Shown here piece by piece: positions 1-12,729 of a stretch of 64,000 bases of DNA. Source of the DNA: Nemertoderma westbladi (Eukaryota > Animalia > Xenacoelomorpha); assembly GCA_032718475.1 (NCBI GenBank), contig JAUCBJ010008770.1, positions 28,157 through 92,156 on the forward strand, read 5' to 3'. A program made the translations under genes and the position numbers. The notes under the pieces were generated by a model, which had not been told where the DNA came from, ran no database searches, and saw nothing but the letters and a program-made list of their open reading frames with translations. Numbering within the stretch: position 1 is the stretch's first letter; every line of letters starts with the position of its first letter.

Positions 1-281
1 ATATGTCAAATTATTATAATGCTCTAAGTATTTATTTACATTTCTTTGCTTTTTTCCTAATGCAATGGCACTGGGTAAGATTACAACTATAGCAAAGAAC
101 TTAATTAATTATAATATCCTGTAATTGAAATAATACTAGTGCAATATAAATTTCAATTATAGACATTGTGTGTATCATTGCTAACTGTTATTCATATCCA
201 TTGTATGATTTAGGTACTCCATCGAGATACAAAAAAAAACTTGTGTCAATATTAGTGTTCAAATGTGATCCCGATTCTATT

Positions 282-600
282 ACTAGTTGTGGGGCGAGCG
301 AAGCCTTAGGGTACCATTAACTTGTCTGTCGGTGTCGTAAATTTTTGATCGTTAATAACCCAGTCATTCCTTAATGAAATGAAACCAAACTTGGTACGTA
401 TGTAGTCCGTCAAAAGCTTAGAAAGAAACCGATGTTGGTAGTTGGTCAAAAATCATACAGTCTGTTACTCGTTACCGGTAGTTTTAGACTTTTGATAAAA
501 ACCTAAATAAGTCGGTCTATCATTGATAACATTAATCCAAACTTGGTACTTATGCAGTCTCGAGCTGCGCGAAGGCCCCACAAACGTGTACCTAATGAGG
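282..600 (-). mobile_element. Short non-autonomous Helitron/HINE-like repeat (family B)
   Basis: The minus strand ends ...AAGGCTTCGCTCGCCCCACAACTAGT (hairpin-like GC block then CTAG). The body is a diverged reverse complement of 58868-59175 (shared GGGGCCTTCGCGCAGC, TTTTGACGGACTACAT.CGTACCAAGTTT, GATCAAAAATTTACGAC). Confidence 0.55.
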
Positions 601-680
601 GTTTCAGAAATAAAACATGTATTATAAAAACATGTATTATACAATCCACACACTCAAATACAGTCAGTCATCATCTAAGA

Positions 681-3214
681 TCCACGAAGCTAAGGAAAAT
701 CAACTACTTTCGCTAAGAAAGATTTTCCTTAGCTGAGATGGTCTATTCATAGTGGGCTATTTTACTTGTATGAGGCAGATTTGGTTTTTTTTGGTCGGGG
801 AAAAAACTAGCCTTTAAAAGTACCCTGAAATTTTGCATGTATATACAACTCATCAAGGCGCGTCGTGTGGGATGGGTCTCATCTCCAGGAAAAATCTGGT
901 TTCCATGGCAACGGACTTAGAAAAAAGTCTATGTATTTCAAGTCAATATTTGTAACTCTATTTGTAGGAAAACTATAATACATATAAACTTGGGGTTTCT
1001 CAACACAACTATAAGGTCCATAGCAGAGCCGATTGAGGTTAAATAGAAAATCCAGTTACCTTGGCAACCGGGCTAAACAGATGTTAAAATTTTTAAAATG
1101 TTAATTTGAAGCCTAAGGTTAAGGTGTGATGACTTGGGACCAATCCCTACCCCCACTATATAACTTATTCTGCGTCCGAATTTGATTGTTCTATTTTGCA
1201 GTTACCTTGACAACCGCTGAAAACAGATGTTTTTATACGAAAATTATTCATTTGTACATAGACTTCACGATAAAATTTTACGAAACTAGGTATGTGTTAT
1301 CTGGACCACTAGTTGGAACTTTTAGTGAAACTCAAAACATTCCAGAAATATCTAGTTACCATGGTAACTGTAGTTTTTTTAAAGTTATATATCATTCAAG
1401 TCTATAATCATAACTCTATTTGGAGAAAAACTGTAATATATATAAACTTGGGGTTTTGCAACTCATCTATAAGGTCCATATACAAGCCGTTCGAAGTTAA
1501 TTAGAAAATCCATTTACCATAGCAACAAGAGTAAACAGATGTTAAAATTAATAAAATGATAATTTGAAGCACAATTTAATAGTATTATGACTTGGGACCA
1601 ACACCTACCCCCACTATATGACTTATTCTGCATCCGAATTACATTGTTCTATTTTTCAGTTTCCATGACAACCACTGCAAACAGATGCATTTTGATAGAA
1701 AATCTGTAATTTGGACATAAACTACAATATTTTCTGAAACTCGATGTGTTATCTGAAAAACAATCTGGACTGAATCTTTTTTCAAAGGTAAAACCAACAG
1801 TTCCAGAGAACTCTAGTTTCCATGGGAATCCACGAAGCTAAGGAAAATCAACTACTTTCGCTAAGAAAGATTTTCCTTAGCTGAGATGGTGTATTCATAG
1901 TGGGCTATTTTACTTGTATGAGGCAGATTTGGGGTTTTTTGATAGGTGAAAAAACTAGCCTTTAAAAGTACCCTGAAATTTTGCATGTATATACTACTCA
2001 TCGAGGCGCATCTTTTGGGCTGGGTCTCATATCCAGGAAAAATCTGGTTTCCATGGCAACGGACTTAGAAAAAAGTCTATGTATTTCAAGTCAATATTTA
2101 TAACTCTATTTGTAGGAAAGCTATAATAGATATAAACTTGGGGTTTCTCAACACCACTATAAGGTCCATAGCAGAGCCGATTGAGGTTAAATATAAAATT
2201 CAGTTACCTTGGCAACCGGGATAAACAGATGTTAAAATTAATAAAATGTTAATTTGAAGCCTAAGGACAAGGTGTTATGACTTGGGACCAACCCCTACCC
2301 CCACTATATAACTTATTCTGCGTCCAAATTTCATTGTTCTATTTTGCAGTTACCATGACAACCGCTGAAAACAGATGTTTTTATACAAAAATTACTCATT
2401 TGGACATAGACTTCATGATAAAATTTTATGAAACTGGGTATGTGTTATCTGGACCACTAGTTGGAACTTTTAGTGAAACTCAAAACATTCCAGAAATATC
2501 TAGTTACCATGGTAACTGGAGTATATTAAAGTCTATATCATTCAAGTCTAAATTCAATACTCTATTTGTAGCAAAATAATGTAATATATATAAACTTGGA
2601 GTTTTGCAACTCATATATAAGATCCATATCCAAGCCGTTTGAGGTTAATTAGAAAATACAGTTACCATAGCAACAAGTCTAAACAGATGTTAAAATTTAT
2701 AAAATGATAATTTGAAGCACAAGTTAATAGTATTATGACTTGGGAACAAGACATACCCCCACTATATGGCTTATTCTGCATCCGAAATACATTGTTCTAT
2801 TTTTCAGTTTCCATGACAACCACTGCAAACAGATGCATTTTGATAGAAAATCTGTAATTTGGACATAAACTACAATATTTTCTGAAACTCGATGTGTTAT
2901 CTGAAAAACAATCTGGACTGAATCTTTTTTCAAAGGTAAAACCAACAGTTCCAGAGAACTCTAGTTTCCATGGGAATAGAAGTTATTTATTGGCAAATGC
3001 TACTAAACTAGGCTAAGCAACGAACCAAATTGTGGCTGTTTGTTTAATTTTCCTTAGCTTCGTGGTTGCATTTCCTTTAGGAAATGCCTTTCTAGTAGAA
3101 GTTATTTATTGGCAAATGCTACTAAACTAGGCTAAGCAACGAACCAAATTGTGGCCGTTTGTTTAATTTTCCTTAGCTTCGTGGTTGCATTTCCTTTAGG
3201 AAATGCCTTTCTAG
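681..3214 (+). mobile_element. Non-autonomous Helitron-like element, copy A (interrupted by copy B)
   Basis: Starts A|TCCACGAAGCTAAGGAAAAT. Ends with the hairpin GCATTTCCTTTAGGAAATGC + CTTTCTAG|T. No TSD. Sub-terminal inverted repeat CCACGAAGCTAAGGAAAAT / ATTTTCCTTAGCTTCGTGG. Confidence 0.8.
1829..3095 (+). mobile_element. Helitron-like copy B nested in copy A
   Basis: TC...CTAG unit inserted at CATGGGAA|TAGAAGTT of copy A without duplication. The uninterrupted junction CATGGGAATAGAAGTT is seen in other copies. Confidence 0.85.
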
Positions 3215-3396
3215 TACATCTTTAATTTTGGACATCAACTACTCAATGAAACTTCCGTGAAGTCAATTTGTGTCACCTGGAACCACAAACTTGTTCTTAA
3301 TGTAAAACCGAGCAGTTCTAGAAAACTCCAGTTGCCATGGTAATGGGAGTTTAATTAAGACATATGACTTTTAACTAGAACCAATGAACTGATGAG

Positions 3397-4659
3397 TCCA
3401 CGAAGCTAAGGAAAATCAACTACTTTCGCTAAGAAAGATTTTCCTTAGCTGAGATGGTCTATTCATAGTGGGCTATTTTACTTGTGTGAGGCAGATTTGG
3501 GGTTTTTTGATAGGCGAAAAAACTAGCCTTTAAAAGTACCCTGAAATTTTGCATGTATATACTACTCGGCGAGGCGCATCTTTTGGGCCGGGTCTCATAT
3601 CCAGGAAAAATCTGGTTTCCATGGCAACGGACTTCAAAAAAAGTCTATGTATTTCAAGTCAATATTTATAACTCTATTTGTAGGAAAACTATAATAGATA
3701 TAAACTTGGGAATTCGCAACACAACTATAAGGTCCATAGCAGATCCGATTGAAGCTAAATAGAAAATCCAGTTACCTTGGCAACCGGGATAAACAGATGT
3801 TAAAATTTATAAAATGATAATTTGAGGCCTAAGGGCAAGGTGTTATGACTTGAGACCAACCCCTACCCCCACTATATAACTTATTCTGCATCCGAATTAC
3901 ATTGTTCTATTTTTCAGTTACCATGACAACAGCCGAAAACAGATGTTTTTATACAAAAATTATTCATTTGGACATAGACTTCGCGATAAAATTTTACAAA
4001 ACTGGGTATGTGTTATCTGCACCACTAGTTGGAACTTTTAGTGAAACTTAAATCATTCCAGAAATTTAGTTACCATGGTAACTGTAGTTTATTAAACTCT
4101 ATATCATTCAAGTCTATATTGATAACTCTATTTCTAGCAAAACTGTAATATATATAAACTTGGGGTTTTGTAACTCATCTATAAGGTCCATATACAAGCC
4201 GTTCGAAGTTAATTAGAAAATCCATTTACCATAGCAACAAGAGTAAACAGATGTTAAAATTAATAAAATGATAATTTGAAGCACAATTTAATAGTATTAT
4301 GACTTGGGACCAACACCTACCCCCACTATATGACTTATTCTGCATCCGAATTACATTGTTCTATTTTTCAGTTTCCATGACAACCACTGCAAACAGATGC
4401 ATTTTGATAGAAAATCTGTAATTTGGACATAAACTACAATATTTTCTGAAACTCGATGTGTTATCTGAAAAACAATCTAGACTGAATCTTTTTTCAAAGG
4501 TAAAACCAACAGTTCCAGAGAACTCTAGTTTCCATGGGAATAGAAGTTATTTATTGGCAAATGCTACTAAACTAGGCTAAGCAACGAACCAAATTGTGGC
4601 CGTTTGTTTAATTTTCCTTAGCTTCGTGGTTGCATTTCCTTTAGGAAATGCCTTTCTAG
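3397..4659 (+). mobile_element. Helitron-like copy C
   Basis: Same TC start, about 1.26-kb body, hairpin + CTAG end. Confidence 0.8.
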
Positions 4660-4671
4660 TCAAAGTGTGTT

Positions 4672-5945
4672 TCCACGAAGCTAAGGAAAATCAACTACTT
4701 TCGCTAAGAAAGATTTTCCTTAGCTGAGATGGTCTATTCATAGTGGGCTATTTTACTTGTGTGAGGCAGATTTGGTTTTTTTTGGTCGGGGAAAAAACTA
4801 GCCTTTAAAAGTACCCTGAAATTTTGCATGTATGTACTACTCATCGAGGCGCGTCGTGTGGGATGGGTCTCATATTCAGGAAAAATCTGGTTTCCATGGC
4901 AACGGACTTAGAAAAAAGTCTATGTATTTCAAGTCAATATTTATAACTCTATTTGTAGGAAAACTATAATACATATAAACTTGGGATTTCTCAACTCAAC
5001 TATAAGGTCCATAGCAGAGCCGATTGAGGTTAAATAGAAATTCCAGTTACCTTGGCAACCGGGCTAAACAGATGTTAAAATTTATAAAATGTTAATTTGA
5101 AGCCTAAGGTTAATGTGTTATGTCTTGGGACCAACCCCTACCCCCACTATATGACTTATTCTGCGTCCGAATTTCATTGTTTAATTTTGCAGTTACCATG
5201 ACAACCGCTGAAAACATATGTTTTTATACAAAAATAACTCATTTGGACATAGACTTCGCGATAAAATTTTACGAAATTGGATATGTGTTATCTGGACCAC
5301 TAGTTGAAACTTTTAGTAAAACCTAAAACATTCCATAAATATCTTGTTACCATGGTAACTGGAGTTTATTAAAGTCGATATCATTCAAGTCTAAATTCAA
5401 TACTCTATTTGCAGCAAAATAATGTAATAAATATAAATTTGGGGTTTTGCAAGTCATCTGTAAGGTCCATATACAATCCATTCGAGGTTAATTACACAAT
5501 CCAATTACCATAGCAACAAGACTAAACAGATGTTAAAATTTCTAAAATGATAATTTGAAACACAAGTTAATAGTATTATGACTTGGGACCAAGACCTACC
5601 CCCATTATATGACTTATTCTGCATCCGAATTACATTGTTCTATTTTTCAGTTTCCATGACAACCACTGCAAACAGATGCATTATGATAGAAAATCGGTAA
5701 TTTGGACATAAACTACAATATTTTCTGAAACTTGGTACGGTATGTGTTATCTGAACCACAATCTGGACTGAATCTTTTTTCAAAGGTAAAACCAACAGTT
5801 CCAGAGAATTCTAGTTTCCATGGGAATATAAGTTATTTATTGGCAAATGCTACTAAACTAGGCTAAGCAACAAACCAAATTATGGCCCTTTGTTTAATTT
5901 TCCTTAGCTTCGTGGTTGCATTTCCTTTAGGAAATGCCTTTCTAG
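4672..5945 (+). mobile_element. Helitron-like copy D (followed by an extra 3'-end fragment 5946-5996)
   Basis: Same termini. The flanks TGTT|TAATTTTCC reconstitute an element 3' end, consistent with insertion into a 3'-end remnant. Confidence 0.8.
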
Positions 5946-5996
5946 TAATTTTCCTTAGCTTCGTGGTTGCATTTCCTTAAGGAAATGCCTTTCTAG

Positions 5997-8111
5997 TCCA
6001 CGAAGCTAAGGAAAATCAACTACTTTCGCTAAGAAAGATTTTCCTTAGCTGAGATGGTCTATTCATAGTGGGCTATTTTACTTGTGTGAGGCAGATTTGG
6101 TTTTTTTTGGTCGGTGAAAAAACTAGCCTTTAAAAGTACCCTGAAATTTTGCATGTATATGTGGCTGGCCACGAGAAAAGGGACCTTATGTCACCGGAGG
6201 TCGATTTTGAGTTATTAGGCCTACGAGATGCAGAATTTTCCAGAGATTTTAACAAAAAAAACGGTGTCTCAATATCAATTTCTAAAAAAAAGTTATAGCG
6301 ATTTATGTGAAGGTGAATCGGGTAGCAAAAAATTTTTTATTAATAGCGGTTATAATACTGTAAGCGATTATTTAAAAAAATGGAAAATATTAATAATATC
6401 ATAGCAATTCTTACTATATAGTTAGGCAGTTCAATGTTAATCGGCTTTTTATACAACTTTTAACACTTTGAAACTATTAATATTGTTCATGAACTATTTA
6501 AAAAAAAAATTTGCAAAATTTTCAAAAAAACATGTAGGCCTAACCAAAAAATTTTTTTTTTAATTTAACATTTTTTCAAAAAGATAAATTTTTTTAACAA
6601 ATTTTAAAATTATTTGTATTTTGAATTCTTTATTGGGATTACAAAATTTAAGAACTAACGAATTTAAATTAAGAAAATGACAGCCATATTACATTTAAAA
6701 AATAACTGTAGGCCTACAGTACCTATTACAGTATTACAATTTCAATTTATTACAGTCCTAAATTCAGACATGAAAACCCTAAGACAGTGTTGTATACAAC
6801 ACTGCAACATCTTATATTGCTTCCTGTAATTAGTTATTTCCTAGGTATATTGAATATCAGAACCAATTTGAATTTCCCTCATCGTTTTATACATTTCTAA
6901 ATTGATAATCCAATTAAATTTGTTCAAAAATAGAGGGAAACTTTAAACGCGATTATCTCAGAATCAGGTTTTGCGACATAAGGTCCCTTTTCTCGTGGCC
7001 AGCCACATATACTACTCGACGAGGCGCATCTTTTGGGCCGGGTCTCATATCCAGGAAAAATCTGGTTTCCATGGCAACAGACTTCAAAAAAAGTCTATGT
7101 ATTTCAAGTCAATATTTATAACTCTATTTGTAGGAAAACTATAATAGATATAAACTTGGGGTTTCGCAACACAACTATAAGGTCCATAGCAGATCCGATT
7201 GAGGCTAAATAGAAAATCCAGTTACCTTGGCAACCGGGATAAACAGATGTTAAAATTTATAAAATGTAAATTTGAGGCCTAAAGGCAAGGTGTTATGACT
7301 TGGGACCAACCCCTACCCCCACTATATAACTTATTCTGCATCTGAATTACATTGTTCTATTTTTCAGTTACCATGACAACCGCTGAAAACAGATGTTTTT
7401 ATTCAAAACTTATTCATTTGGACATAGACTTCACGATAAAATTTTACAAAACTGGGTATGTGTTATCTGGACCTCTAGTTGGAACTTTTAGTGAAACTTA
7501 AATTATTCCAGAAATTTAGTTACCATGGTAACTGTAGTTTATTAAACTCTATATCATTCAAATCTATATTGATAACTCTATTTGTAGCAAAACTGTAATA
7601 TATATAAACTTGGGGTTTTGCAACTCATCTATAAGGTCCATATACAAGCCGTTCGAAGTTAATTAGAAAATCCAGTTACCATAGCAACAAGACTAAACAG
7701 ATGTTAAAATTAATAAAATGATAATTTGAAGCACAAGTTAATAGTATTATGACTTGGGACCAACCCCTACCCCCACTATATGACTTATTCTGCATCCGAA
7801 TTACATTGTTCTATTTTTCAGTTTCCATGACAACCACTGCAAACAGATGCATTTTGATAGAAAATCTGTAATTTGGACATAAACTACAATATTTTCTGAA
7901 ACTCGATATGTGTTATCTGAACCACAATCTGGACTGAATCTTTTTTCAAATGTAAAACCAACAGTTCCAGAGAACTCTAGTTTCCATGGGAATAGAAGTT
8001 ATTTATTGGCAAATGTTACTAAACTAGGCTAAGCAACGAACCAAATTGTGGCCGTTTGTTTAATTTTCCTTAGCTTCGTGGTTGCATTTCCTTTAGGAAA
8101 TGCCTTTCTAG
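5997..8111 (+). mobile_element. Helitron-like copy E (interrupted by a TIR element)
   Basis: Head-to-tail CTAG|TC junction at 5996/5997; CTAG end at 8108-8111. Confidence 0.8.
6161..7006. mobile_element. Non-autonomous TIR DNA transposon, 4-bp ATAT TSD (Sola-like)
   Basis: 32-bp perfect TIR GTGGCTGGCCACGAGAAAAGGGACCTTATGTC. ATAT is duplicated relative to the empty site GCATGTATATACTACTC in sibling Helitron copies. Superfamily inferred from the TSD only. Confidence 0.85.
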
Positions 8112-8538
8112 TATATTATATTATTATAAAGTTTTATACTTATAGTTATAGCACGAAAATTATTTCTACCAGGCAGGACTGTGAATACTTTCAGTTTCAG
8201 TCTTTTAGATGTTTCATCGTGTGTCTTTAAGCCTCTTCAGCTTCTCTCTCGTTCTCAACATCCCCCCCGATGGGCGTTGGTTACTACCCCAACCACTGTC
8301 GGTCTTCGGTTCTGTCGGTCTTGTTCAAATCAAGAGTAAATCCAATAAATTAAAACATAGGACTCTGTTAACAAAGAGTTTAATTAAATTAAAATTTGGT
8401 TAATAACATCCAGTTAATGACAATAATAAACGTCTTAATTATATGAGTATTAAGACCACAAACTTTCCCTTCTTTGCCGGGTTGCAACATTGCACCAATA
8501 GTGACACAGACCCAAACAAGTTGTTACCCAATCGATAT

Positions 8539-9686
8539 CTACTGTTCATCGAATAAGGGAGTATCTCCTCCGTGCGGGGAGCCTACGTCCGGAGTTCGTG
8601 GTGTCAAGGCCAACGAGTTATCGCGCCCCTGGCTCCACACTGCTCCCCAGGCGGCGCCCACCTGTCTGGGAGTAACGCCCCCTCCCGGAGTACCCCCGTA
8701 CTGCGTGGCGCCTCTAGCGGGGTACTGCGGAACCCCGTAGCGCGGCGTCGACGGCCCGACAACCGACGGCGTCATAAACACGGCCCTGGGGGTCCCGACT
8801 GGCTGGAACCGAGCGCCCACCGGCAGATACGGCGTCCCGGGGGTCCCTCGGGTCAACCCCGGACCCCCTGGCGTCGCTCCCGTTACCATGGCTGGCGTCA
8901 TCGGACCTACCCTGTCCCGGTAGTGCTCTTTGAACCAGTTCACAAGGTTCGTTACATTCCCGTGAATCAACTTCCGGTAACGGAAGCCATTTGGCGTAAT
9001 GGTGACGTATTCAAACTTGGGCGCAGTGGTCGGTTGGTAGGCCAAAACGAACTTACCGGGAAACTCCAACGACAAACTCATTATGTAGGGAATCTGACTC
9101 GGTTTGCGCGCCTTTTCGCGCTTCAATAACTGACTTAATATCTCAGTTTTACCGCCATCCGCTGGCTGGAAATACTTATAGGCAAGAACGTCCCGCGCGA
9201 AGCTCGCCATTGGCTGAACGTGACGCGCAATTATCTCATCTAAGTCCTCGAATTCTTCATCCGCTATAATCAATGTCTGACCGAGACTGAAGGCGTGGTT
9301 CTTCCCTTCCTCACGTACGTCGATGTGCTCGTATATACTATCGGTGACCTTCCATGTAACCGTCAGGTTGTTACTCGACTTACTCGAAGGCCTAATTATC
9401 ACCTCCCCTTGCTCCATGGTTTCCAATAGTTTCTCCGCCTCCTTGTAGGTAATGTTATGGAATGCGGGATGCACGATGACGCGTTTAACGTACTTGGTGG
9501 GTTCGCGGACTGGGCGGATTCGTTTCGAGTGATCGGAATCCCGCTCCGAGGCGATCTCATCGAAATATTCGTCGAGTGGAGGCCGAAACTCGCGGTTTTT
9601 GTCCGCGAGATCGGAGCTGCGCGTCGTTAGATCCAGAGTCATTCGCTCGATATCCAGTCGCAACACGCGCCCATTCACACTCATAC
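8539..9686 (-). CDS. SUPT6H: Transcription elongation factor SPT6, exon 7 (end of S1, tandem SH2, TP-rich tail, stop)
   Basis: KRVIVHPAFHNI, IIRPSSK, FEDLDEIIARHVQPM, WFKEHY, terminal GDTPLFDEQ*; acceptor tttag|GT, phase 1. Confidence 0.95.
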
Positions 9687-9924
9687 CTAAACAGGGAATT
9701 ATTCAATTACTTCAGCTTAAATCAATTAGAACTGAAATCATATTTATCTTGATTTAGTTTATTAGAGCAGAACACTGAAATTAAACTGAAATACAAAATA
9801 GCAAGTTGGACTGAAATTAAAAAGAACTAATTAAGTGGTGGGGCAGACAGGTACTGAAATAATATGAATATAATTTCAGTGTTCAGAACTAACACTATTA
9901 AATTCCACGCCGGGATGTACTCAC

Positions 9925-10630
9925 CCGGTTTCACTCTATCCTCTGGGTTAGTAACCATTTTATCCGATATCTTAGCGACCGGTATGAACCCCCTGAGGCC
10001 GTTGTCTAGTCGACACGAAACGCCGACCGACTGTCCGGGACACGCCTTGTTATCGAAATGGGACCAGACTTCGGACAACTCCGGGAAGTTATCCGCGAGA
10101 CAGAAGGGGCACTGCCACAGACCGGTCTCGTCCATCCGCAGCGGGTTGGCCTGGTCCAACTGATCCGTTTTGGGGCGACGACGAGCTATACTGGTCACCT
10201 TAGCCTGGATCAACCGCCCGACGTAAAGGGTATCCGGTGTCTCCTTGGTAACTAAGTGGAAGACCTCCTCCTGCGTGGGCGACTGATACGGGAGTCTGTA
10301 GTCGCGGTACCTATGGTTCAACTCCGACCGGATGTCGTACAACGTGGTGCTCTTGTTCCCGTAACCCTGGCGTTCAAGCTCCTCCGCGAACGCGTCGAGG
10401 TCGAGGTCTTTCAGTCTGTCCGGAGCCTCGAGGATCTCCTCGAGAGCGGTCGCTGGGTTCGAATCGTCCGTAGTCTCGTCGTACTCCAACGCGTCCACCG
10501 CCATCTTCCGCGCCCATTCGTAGGTCTCCGGATGCACGCGGGAGCCGTCGAGAACCTCCAGATATGCGTCGCTCGTCTCAGAAATATCCGACGTGTCAAT
10601 TCGAATAAACCCGGCACAGTTAATAAACAC
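9925..10630 (-). CDS. SUPT6H: SPT6 exon 6 (HhH/DLD, S1)
   Basis: [41 protein letters not shown]; acceptor tacag|GTG, donor G|GTGAGT. Confidence 0.95.
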
Positions 10631-11205
10631 CTGTAAATAAACCCGGCACAGTTAATAAACACCTGTAAATAAACCCGGCACAGTTAATAAACACCTGTAA
10701 ATAAACCCGGCACAGTTAATAAACACCTGTAAATAAACCCGGCACAGTTAATAAACACCTGTAAATAAACCCGGCACAGTTAATAAACACCTGTAAATAA
10801 ACCCGGCACAGTTAATAAACACCTGTAAATAAACCCGGCACAGTTAATAAACACCTGTAAATAAACCCGGCACAGTTAATAAACACCTGTAAATAAACCC
10901 GGCACAGTTAATAAACACCTGTAAATAAACCCGGCACAGTTAAAAAAACACCTGTAAATAAACCCGGCACAGTTAATAAACACCTGTAAATAAACCCGGC
11001 ACAGTTAATAAACACCTGTAAATAAACCCGGCACAGTTAATAAACACCTGTAAATAAACCCGGCACAGTTAATAAACACCTGTAAATAAACCTGGCACAG
11101 TTAATAAACACCTGTAAAGAAACCCGGCACAGTTAATAAACACCTGTAAATAAACCCGACACAGTTAATAAACACCTGTAAAGAAACCCGGTGCAGTTAA
11201 TAAAT
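10604..11205 (-). repeat. 32-bp tandem repeat (~17-18 units) duplicating the exon 6 acceptor junction
   Basis: Minus-strand unit GTGTTTATTAACTGTGCCGGGTTTATTTACAG = first 27 nt of exon 6 + TACAG. Confidence 0.95.
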
Positions 11206-11374
11206 AAAACCAGCAATAAATCAAATCTGAAAGTAAACCCTGCGACACTGCGTGTCAATTAATAATAAACACATGGAAAACCAATTTGTGCGTTGTGTCA
11301 AAATTTTTATCTACTAAATAGAACGAGCAGTTAGAGCAGCACTGGACGATGATATCGGCAGCTCACTGACAAAC

Positions 11375-12411
11375 CTTTGGTCCCATATTGCAGACAGTAA
11401 CCAACTGGGTGCGGTTCTCTAACATCGAGTTACGCGCCTTCAGATGTCTGAGTAGAGCAGCCGCCTTGCGAGATCCCAGGCCGCATACGAACTGGAGGAC
11501 GTGTCGGGTATGGGGGAACTGGAGACACCGGTTCACGTCGACACCGACCTCGTTACTCCGGTTAACAAACTCTACGGTGAGACCTCGGAGCAACTCCTCC
11601 TTGCTGAGCGAATCCTGCATCGGATGCCACTTGAACCCGAGCAGTTCATCCTCGTTGCTATAGAGACCAGCGAACTCTAGCAGAGGGTCTTGTAGACGCC
11701 GCGCCAAGGAAACAGCCTCGCGGAGTTTCGGTGGAAAGTCTCGGAATTCCTCGAGACCGCGCACTGAGTTGGCGTAGATCTTGGCGACCTCGTCGCCGAT
11801 GAGTTCGACACGAATTTCATCCTCCTCGTCGATCTCACCAGCGATACGACGGAGGTCCTCGATCGCCCCGGTAACGGAGACGCCCTCCGCGCCGACTGCG
11901 ATGCACCGAGGACGACGAACCGAGAGGAACTTGCGGAGCGTGACGACGTCGGCGTGTTTGAGCTCGCGGTCGCGATCCGAGACTCCGTAGGAGTTCCGAG
12001 CCCGGAGGAAATGCGGCAACCGGAGGTAGTCGACCACGTTGCCGCGACTGTCGACGAGCGCAGCGAACGACGGTGTGTCGTACTCCGAGGAGTAAGCGAA
12101 CCCGAGAACCTTGGTATCCTCGTCGTATTCTTCCTCTTCCGTAGCGAACGGGGCCCACTTAATATAATGAAAGAGTTTCCGTTGGATCTGTCGCACAACC
12201 CCCGCCTTGGCTTCGTCGAGCAACTTAATCCTCGTCTCCTTAGCGAACTCCGGGTACAACGCTTTGGTGAGCGCGAGATTGAGTGCCGCCTCGCGTTCAG
12301 AGTTCCACAGTTTAACAAGACGACTGAACTCGTCGCGTTGGTACAGATGTTTGATCTCGTCAACGTAACGGAGGGGCGGCAGGTTGGCTAAAGCAACTAC
12401 CTCATCCATAC
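11375..12411 (-). CDS. SUPT6H: SPT6 exon 5 (YqgF and HhH)
   Basis: YQRDEFSRLVKLWN, AVSLARRLQDPL, NEVGVDVN, LQFVCGLGSRKA, LENRTQLVTVCNMGPK; ccag|GT acceptor, AAG|GTTTGT donor. Confidence 0.95.
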
Positions 12412-12580
12412 CTGGAGGAAGAAAAACGATCGATTAGTTGGGATTTGGTGTAGAATCATCGACGTAAATAACTAAAGAACCCAGTAAGTGGAGTGAGTGG
12501 AATATAAAGTGGAATGAGTGAAATATAAAGTGGGGGCTAATAAAAAATCAGGGGCTAATAAAATGGCAGCTGGCTTTGAA

Positions 12581-12729
12581 ATTAATACTCCATATCTCAA
12601 GAACCTGTGGCCTAGTGGTTGTAGTCTCGGCATCCACCTCGAGGTCCCAGGTTCGAATCCGACACAACGCTGATGAGACCCAGTAAGGTCGAAACGAGTA
12701 CGTGGTTTGGAGAGATATGAGATATTAAT
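12581..12729 (+). mobile_element. tRNA-derived SINE-like element with hammerhead ribozyme motif
   Basis: A box TGGCCTAGTGG (~12608), B box GGTTCGAATCC (12650-12660), then the hammerhead core; ends are imperfectly complementary (ATTAATACTCCATATCTC / GAGATATGAGATATTAAT). Confidence 0.7.
12663..12710 (+). ncRNA. Type I hammerhead ribozyme motif (probably degenerate)
   Basis: CUGAUGA-GACC(cagtaa)GGUC-GAAAC-GAGUAC-GU. The cleavage triplet reads GUG rather than NUH, and stem I pairing is weak. Confidence 0.7.

Noticed and set aside
3388-3410. Second hammerhead core (CTGATGAG)
   Set aside because: No stem II or GAAA follows; the motif is formed at the Helitron insertion junction.
1186-8230. Repeated small ORFs (60-100 aa)
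   Set aside because: Chance frames in non-coding Helitron copies; not conserved between copies.
8474-12391. Antisense and alternative-frame ORFs over spt6 exons (and similarly over pol)
   Set aside because: Shadow ORFs of GC-rich coding sequence with no recognisable motifs.
12605-12665. tRNA gene
   Set aside because: A and B boxes are present but there is no proper acceptor/anticodon cloverleaf; better explained as a SINE head.
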